Assembly (NCBI GenBank): GCA_965197425.1
Contig: CBDANC010000015.1
Location: forward strand, 397,013 to 461,012
Origin: Bdellovibrionales bacterium
GTDB lineage: Bacteria > Bdellovibrionota > Bdellovibrionia > Bdellovibrionales > JAUICD01
Direction: 5' to 3'
DNA length: 64,000 nucleotides
Numbering within the stretch: the stretch's first letter is position 1; the number at the start of each line of letters is the position of its first letter. The notes under the pieces are model-generated. The model saw nothing but the letters and a program-made list of their open reading frames with translations, was not told where the DNA came from and searched no databases. Shown one piece after another: positions 59,434-64,000 of the stretch. The translations under genes were made by a program, and so were the position numbers.

Positions 59434-60798
59434 TTAATTGTTAGTCTTTTGTGCCTCTATATCTTTTTTGGTGGCTTCTCTTATGGTGTTAACCAGTTCT
59501 TGTGCTTGGTTTTGTGCTCCGGAAACTTCTTCCCTTGAAATAAGCTCGCCTTCCAAAATTGCAGCTAGAAGATCAAGTTGGAGGGTAAACTGTATATCTA
59601 CATCTCTTTTAATTAGATAGTTTAGTGCATTTAATGGTATTAACCCTTCTTTGTGGTATTGGTTTAGAGCATCAATAAATTGGGTTGCATTTTCAATAAA
59701 CGGATTATCTGTGCTATTGCTAATGAGTTCTATGTTATGTTTGAATTGATCTATTAACTCGTATGATTCATAGAGTGTGTGAGTTAGATCAAACGCTTCT
59801 TTTATATAGGTATCCCTTTGGGTTATTTGTTCTTCTTGCTCAGCTAAGCCACATGCTTTTTGAAACAGGTCGAGATTACAAAATTGAGATATGTTCTTTT
59901 CAACGCTTAGTTCTGTTATATCTTGTGTTTTGCTTTCGGCATACTCTTCATACTGTGATTCGAGGTAAAAGGTTTGCATTAGGGCATCGCTTGTTATGGA
60001 GTTATATGTGGTATAGTACTCATGCCCTATACTTCTTAAGTTTTCCATTGAGTTTATATCTACACCTTCCATAGATTGAAAGTCGTCATATAGGCTGACT
60101 GTCATTAGGTTCAGTTGCTGTTGTAGATACTTGTCTATACTTGCATATCTGTAGTCATTAGTTAGAATATTTTGGTAGTATTCTTTGTTGTTTTCGATAT
60201 GTTCCGCATATTGATCCATCATATTTTGTTCCGCTTCATTGCTGATGATATTAAGTCCTGGTTCTAAAATGGTTAAAAGGAAGACCGTTTGAACTAATAG
60301 TGTGCTAAAGCGAGATAGTTCTTTTGATTTGTTGAGCACTTTTTTGCTTAGTTTTTCTATTATGTAGTTCAATGATGATGATATAGGCGAGAACTTGTAG
60401 TTTTGATTTTTTATGATTGTGCCAATCCAACGGAACGGATTTAAGAGAGTTAATGTGTTGCTAAGTTTAGCTAATAAGGTCTCATTTTCTTTGAATGGGG
60501 CATAGGTGACCAATCTGTTATGTTGGGTTTCTAAGGTTGGATCTACATCTGCTAGGAATAATCTTAGCCCCCTGGTTTTATATAGTTCGCTTGAGTATTC
60601 TTGTGTTTTATTTTTGGCTGAGTTTACTTTTTCTTTTAGAGTGTTGAATTTTGTTGTTCTAGAAAGTGCTTCAATACACTCTTTGGTTTTTGAAATTTTT
60701 GTGCTTTCTATACCATATGCACTTTGCGAGGCTAGCAGTGCTACAATTAATATGGCATTTTGCCATTTAGCTATTTTTGTACTATTTAAACTTTTCAT
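59434..60798 (-). CDS. Hypothetical exported/membrane protein
   Basis: 454-aa ORF with a signal-like N-terminus and one internal hydrophobic segment. Confidence 0.7.
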   Translation of the reverse strand: MKSLNSTKIAKWQNAILIVALLASQSAYGIESTKISKTKECIEALSRTTKFNTLKEKVNSAKNKTQEYSSELYKTRGLRLFLADVDPTLETQHNRLVTYAPFKENETLLAKLSNTLTLLNPFRWIGTIIKNQNYKFSPISSSLNYIIEKLSKKVLNKSKELSRFSTLLVQTVFLLTILEPGLNIISNEAEQNMMDQYAEHIENNKEYYQNILTNDYRYASIDKYLQQQLNLMTVSLYDDFQSMEGVDINSMENLRSIGHEYYTTYNSITSDALMQTFYLESQYEEYAESKTQDITELSVEKNISQFCNLDLFQKACGLAEQEEQITQRDTYIKEAFDLTHTLYESYELIDQFKHNIELISNSTDNPFIENATQFIDALNQYHKEGLIPLNALNYLIKRDVDIQFTLQLDLLAAILEGELISREEVSGAQNQAQELVNTIREATKKDIEAQKTNN

Positions 60799-60863
60799 AT
60801 GTTGATTATATGTTTTTGTTAGCCGCGATTATGTTTTGTTAATTACAAACTCAACAACAAATT

Positions 60864-61409
60864 TTATCTCCATTTAATCGAACAGCCCATAGAAGGCTTT
60901 ATGGAGAGATTTATGGGTTTTTCTCGTACTATAAGCGATAATGCCTCTAAAAGCTCTTGTTTTGTTACTTTTTTGAAATCTTGCCAATTATTGTCCAATC
61001 TGCCCCTGTATTGTAGCATGTGATTTTTATCATATACAAAGAAATCTGGGGTACAGACAGCTTCAAATTTTTTGGCTACGTCTTGGTTTTTGTCGTGTAG
61101 GTAGGGGAAATTATAATTTTTATCTGTCCATCTCTTTTTGAGATTTGAAAAAGAGTCTTCTGGGTAGGATTCTTCATCATTTGAGCAAATACCTATCATG
61201 TTTGCTGTTAGCTTTTTGGCACTTTTATTCAGCTCGATGAGTCTATTTTCTATTGCCTGTACATATGGACAATGATTGCAGATGAATGCCACTATGAGCG
61301 GTTTTCCCAGAAAATCAGATCGGGAATATTGCTTACCATCCACAGCTTTTAGCGAGAACTCGGGGCATTTTTGTTTTTTTTGTTGTTTGGGTGTATGTAC
61401 GAGCGCCAT
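60864..61409 (-). CDS. Thioredoxin family (AhpC/TSA-like) protein
   Basis: FICNHCPYV, FPYL.D..Q.VA..F.A.CTPDFF, YRGRLD and PSMGCSIKW. Confidence 0.92.
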   Translation of the reverse strand: MALVHTPKQQKKQKCPEFSLKAVDGKQYSRSDFLGKPLIVAFICNHCPYVQAIENRLIELNKSAKKLTANMIGICSNDEESYPEDSFSNLKKRWTDKNYNFPYLHDKNQDVAKKFEAVCTPDFFVYDKNHMLQYRGRLDNNWQDFKKVTKQELLEALSLIVREKPINLSIKPSMGCSIKWR

Positions 61410-61433
61410 GATGACCCACATGCTAGCATGTAT

Positions 61434-62141
61434 TTAAATATCCATGAAGTGTTTCTTTTGACCTGTATTTAAAATTAGAGAACCATCCTCCAGGATATCT
61501 GTGTATTGATTATTTGGATTATTTTTTATTGAGTTTAGTAAGTTGTTTCTAAGTTGTGTGTTTAGTGTGGGAGATTTTGCATCTATTATGGCTTCTTTAA
61601 AGCCATTGAATTTTAGTGTTAGTAGATTTGTTATTTCTGATTTGGTTATTGTACCCACACATTCTTTTAACATGCCTGCTGTATTCAATTTTGGTTTTGA
61701 AAATATGTTAAGTCCCAATCCTATTATTATTTGATTTGAGTTTTTTGTGTTTAAGCTTTCTATTAAGATGCCTGCAATTTTTAGTTTATCAAAGTATATG
61801 TCATTGGGTGGTTTTAGATAAAAATGTTTTTTGTGTTTGGGCCAAACTTTGTATAGGGCTTCGTATAGTTTGAGTCCTATAAGACTCGATAGTATTGGAT
61901 AGATAGTTTGTTTTGACAAGAATATATAACTTCCTTGAAAACTTGTGCCTTCTTTGGGTGATGTCCATGTTTTCCCACGCCCTTTTCCTTTTGTTTGATA
62001 GTCGGTGTATATTAGGGTTGGTTGATGATACCCTGTTTGTTTGGCGTATTCGTTGGTGCTGGTTATGGTTCTAAAATATTTGGTATTTAGTTTTATGCTG
62101 CAAGCCCATTTTTTAACAACTTCAGATATTAGAAAGTCCAT
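61434..62141 (-). CDS. birA: Biotin-[acetyl-CoA-carboxylase] ligase (no HTH domain)
   Basis: STN, QT.GKGRG..W.SP, LK.PNDI....KIAGIL.E and IG.GLN. Confidence 0.88.
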   Translation of the reverse strand: MDFLISEVVKKWACSIKLNTKYFRTITSTNEYAKQTGYHQPTLIYTDYQTKGKGRGKTWTSPKEGTSFQGSYIFLSKQTIYPILSSLIGLKLYEALYKVWPKHKKHFYLKPPNDIYFDKLKIAGILIESLNTKNSNQIIIGLGLNIFSKPKLNTAGMLKECVGTITKSEITNLLTLKFNGFKEAIIDAKSPTLNTQLRNNLLNSIKNNPNNQYTDILEDGSLILNTGQKKHFMDI

Positions 62142-62183
62142 TTGATTTACGATAACAAACCTAAAATGCCGCTTCAATCCCTA

Positions 62184-62612
62184 AAGGTCTTCTGAACGAG
62201 GATAAAACAAGTGGACTTGTTCACTTTTTTATCCAAGTGGTTGCCCAGCTCTGGACACGATGCTGATCCCGTTTCATAAGGTCTTCCGAACGAGGATAAA
62301 AACAAGTGGACTTGTTAAATAAAGGTGAGGTTAGTGAACAGCAAACAAATCTGGCTTTGCCAGTTTTTTGCTGTGAACGCCTGTTTCACTTTTTTTATCC
62401 GAGTGGTTGCCCAGCTTTGGACACGATGCTGATCCCGTTACTTAAAGGTCTTCCGAACTAAGTCAAAAATAAGTGGACTTGTTCACTTTGGTTCAATTGG
62501 CTTACGGGATAAACCTTTATATTATCCAATTGGATGAACCTCCTTTGCAGTCGGTTTTTCCAATTGAAATAACCTTCCTACGGTCGGTTTTTTATCCGAG
62601 TGCCTGTTTCCT
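62184..62612 (-). repeat. Largest REP-like mosaic cluster (three AAGGTCTT-initiated units: A, A with an inserted hairpin, B)
   Basis: AAGGTCTTC.GAAC at 62184, 62278 and 62445; AGTGGTTGCCCAGCT.TGGACACGATGCTGATCCCGTT twice; module B at 62495-62591. Confidence 0.9.
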
Positions 62613-62773
62613 GGCAATCATCTCTTTTGTGCTGTACTCGATAGTTATTTGATCATATTTTGTGCATTTCAAAGTACTAGACAAATAATGCTATAATGAT
62701 ATACAGTGCTGGAATTTAGTTGAGTAGCAGGGAAATATTTTTACGTTCACTGTAAAAATGACATAGAACGAAA

Positions 62774-62849
62774 GACCCCTTCGTCTAGTGGCCTAGGACA
62801 TCACCCTTTCACGGTGAAGACACGGGTTCGACTCCCGTAGGGGTCGCCA
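62774..62849 (+). tRNA. tRNA-Glu (TTC)
   Basis: Acceptor stem GACCCCT/AGGGGTC, anticodon arm TCACC-CTTTCAC-GGTGA, T-loop TTCGACT, encoded CCA; 76 nt. Confidence 0.98.
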
Positions 62850-62981
62850 TGATTTTGCGACCGACAATTTAGTTCTCAGATCCGCTATGTGGCCCTTATG
62901 GTAGGTTACTTTAAAGGGTTTGACTTGTTATCTTTTGAAAATGTAGAATCTGTACTGGTTCGTAATCTGTTTGGGGGGTTT

Positions 62982-63782
62982 ATGAAGAAGTTTCTTTTAT
63001 GTTTGGTATTGGTTGTAGTGCCTTATTTGTCTGAAGCTCAGACAGTGGATGATTATTTGTATGATGATAGTGAACTGGAAGCTGCCAATTGTTGTAGTTT
63101 TCCATTTTTTTATATAAGGGGTGCTGTTGGTTATGACTATCCTTACCATGATCTAAAATTTATCATTCCTTCTTCTCCTTTAGACGTTTATTCAGCAGCT
63201 CAGTTTGGTATTGCTAGTAAAATTCCTAGTTATCAAGTGGGTTTTGGTTATGACTTTGGTAAAATTAGAGCTGAGTTAGAAGCGGATGGTGGTTTTTTTA
63301 ACATAGAGGATTTTGCATTTACACATGCCAATATTCACAATGTAAGTTTGGATGAATTAAATACCATGACAACTATTGAAGGTTCCATAGCCCAGATTAA
63401 GGTAATGGCTAATGTTTTGTGGGATTTTTATGATGAATATACTTTGTTTCAGCCCTATGTAGGTTTAGGAGGTGGTTTTACTTGGTATGATGCAGATCTG
63501 GAAGTTTCTTCCGTTGAGCGTTTTGATATGGAGAGTACATTAAAGCCTTTTCCAGTAGGTCAGGCAGTAGTAGGTGTAAACATCAATACCTTTGATACTG
63601 TTTTCTTTGACCTGTCTTACAGATTTTATAGTTCATTTAATGAAACACATAATGATTCTGTTGAAATTTCTTCTCCTCACGACCCTAATGTTGAATATGA
63701 AAATGGTAGTGTTCAAAGTACACAACCTGTATTTATGAACCATGTGGTTGAAGTAGGCGTTAGAGTTCCAATTAGATACTAA
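62982..63782 (+). CDS. Outer membrane beta-barrel protein (opacity/porin-like)
   Basis: Signal peptide ending SEAQ; FYI.G.VG, G.GYDFG..RAELE, MAN...D....PYVG.G.G, D.SYRF; terminal Tyr. Confidence 0.82.
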   Translation: MKKFLLCLVLVVVPYLSEAQTVDDYLYDDSELEAANCCSFPFFYIRGAVGYDYPYHDLKFIIPSSPLDVYSAAQFGIASKIPSYQVGFGYDFGKIRAELEADGGFFNIEDFAFTHANIHNVSLDELNTMTTIEGSIAQIKVMANVLWDFYDEYTLFQPYVGLGGGFTWYDADLEVSSVERFDMESTLKPFPVGQAVVGVNINTFDTVFFDLSYRFYSSFNETHNDSVEISSPHDPNVEYENGSVQSTQPVFMNHVVEVGVRVPIRY

Positions 63783-63801
63783 GGCATTATTTTAAAATAA
63801 T

Positions 63802-64000
63802 ATGCTGGGATTAGTATTCAAGGTTACCAGCCATATTTTTGGAAAGATGGCCCGCTTAAAGTTGGGCCTTTTTTCTTTGGTTTGTAATTATCTTTTTGTT
63901 AAGTTTTTTAGATTGAATATGTCTGAGGCTGAAAAAAAGCTCAGTAGCTATAGATCTCTTGGAGAGTTGTTTGTTAGGAGATTAAGGCCGGGTGCTAGGG
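63802..64000 (+). CDS. psd: Phosphatidylserine decarboxylase, N-terminal part (runs off the window)
   Basis: Translated by hand: MLGLVFKVTSHIFGKMA...FVKFFRLNMSEAEKKLSSYRSLGELFVREIKAGAR, matching the Psd N-terminal 'N.SEA....Y.S..E.F.R.LK.GAR' pattern. Confidence 0.78.
   Translation, partial: MLGLVFKVTSHIFGKMARLKLGLFSLVCNYLFVKFFRLNMSEAEKKLSSYRSLGELFVRRLRPGAR

Noticed and set aside
62184..62612. CRISPR array or IS element
   Set aside because: Units are ~90-160 bp mosaics of hairpins found dispersed elsewhere; no spacer periodicity and no transposase ORF.
62774..64000. Genomic island integrated at tRNA-Glu
   Set aside because: No integrase and no duplicate of the tRNA 3' end within the window; the downstream genes are an OMP and psd.

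Overview
Low-GC bacterial chromosome segment, most likely from a Bdellovibrionota (Bdellovibrionales-like) organism. This assignment is inferred from the YQNC-type lipoprotein signals, a spirochete/delta-type EF-G, a REC-DnaJ-TPR protein and the zapA-ygfA-rny-tyrS block. The backbone is housekeeping: deoC, nrnA, mgtE, greA, ETF-QO, rpsR/rpmB/rplX, lepA, metK, feoAB, bamB, fusA, htpX, pyrC, M3 peptidase, nusB, nfeD/SPFH, yajC-secDF, groESL, rny, tyrS, birA, tRNA-Glu, psd. Several layers of repeat or mobile DNA sit on top of it. (1) A ~0.5 kb transposase-free element carries a 97-aa four-helix-bundle (23S-IVP/bAvd-like) gene, an RBS-occluding hairpin, GATC-rich 6-8 bp repeat flanks and inverted termini; there are 3 intact copies and 3 remnants, and the intact copies lie in convergent 3' gaps. 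(2) An 18-bp mini-palindrome (ACSAGTGGAGTWTCCACT, 'TSGVST') is inserted in-frame inside deoC, nusB, secF, tyrS and a hypothetical gene. (3) A modular REP/BIME-like hairpin family fills about 13 intergenic gaps. (4) Two cargo cassettes (Zn-peptidase + lipoprotein; a 1200-aa Cys-rich lipoprotein) are each followed by a duplicate of the upstream host gene's 3' end. No integrase, transposase, reverse transcriptase or CRISPR array is visible. All calls come from reading the sequence; no database search was run.
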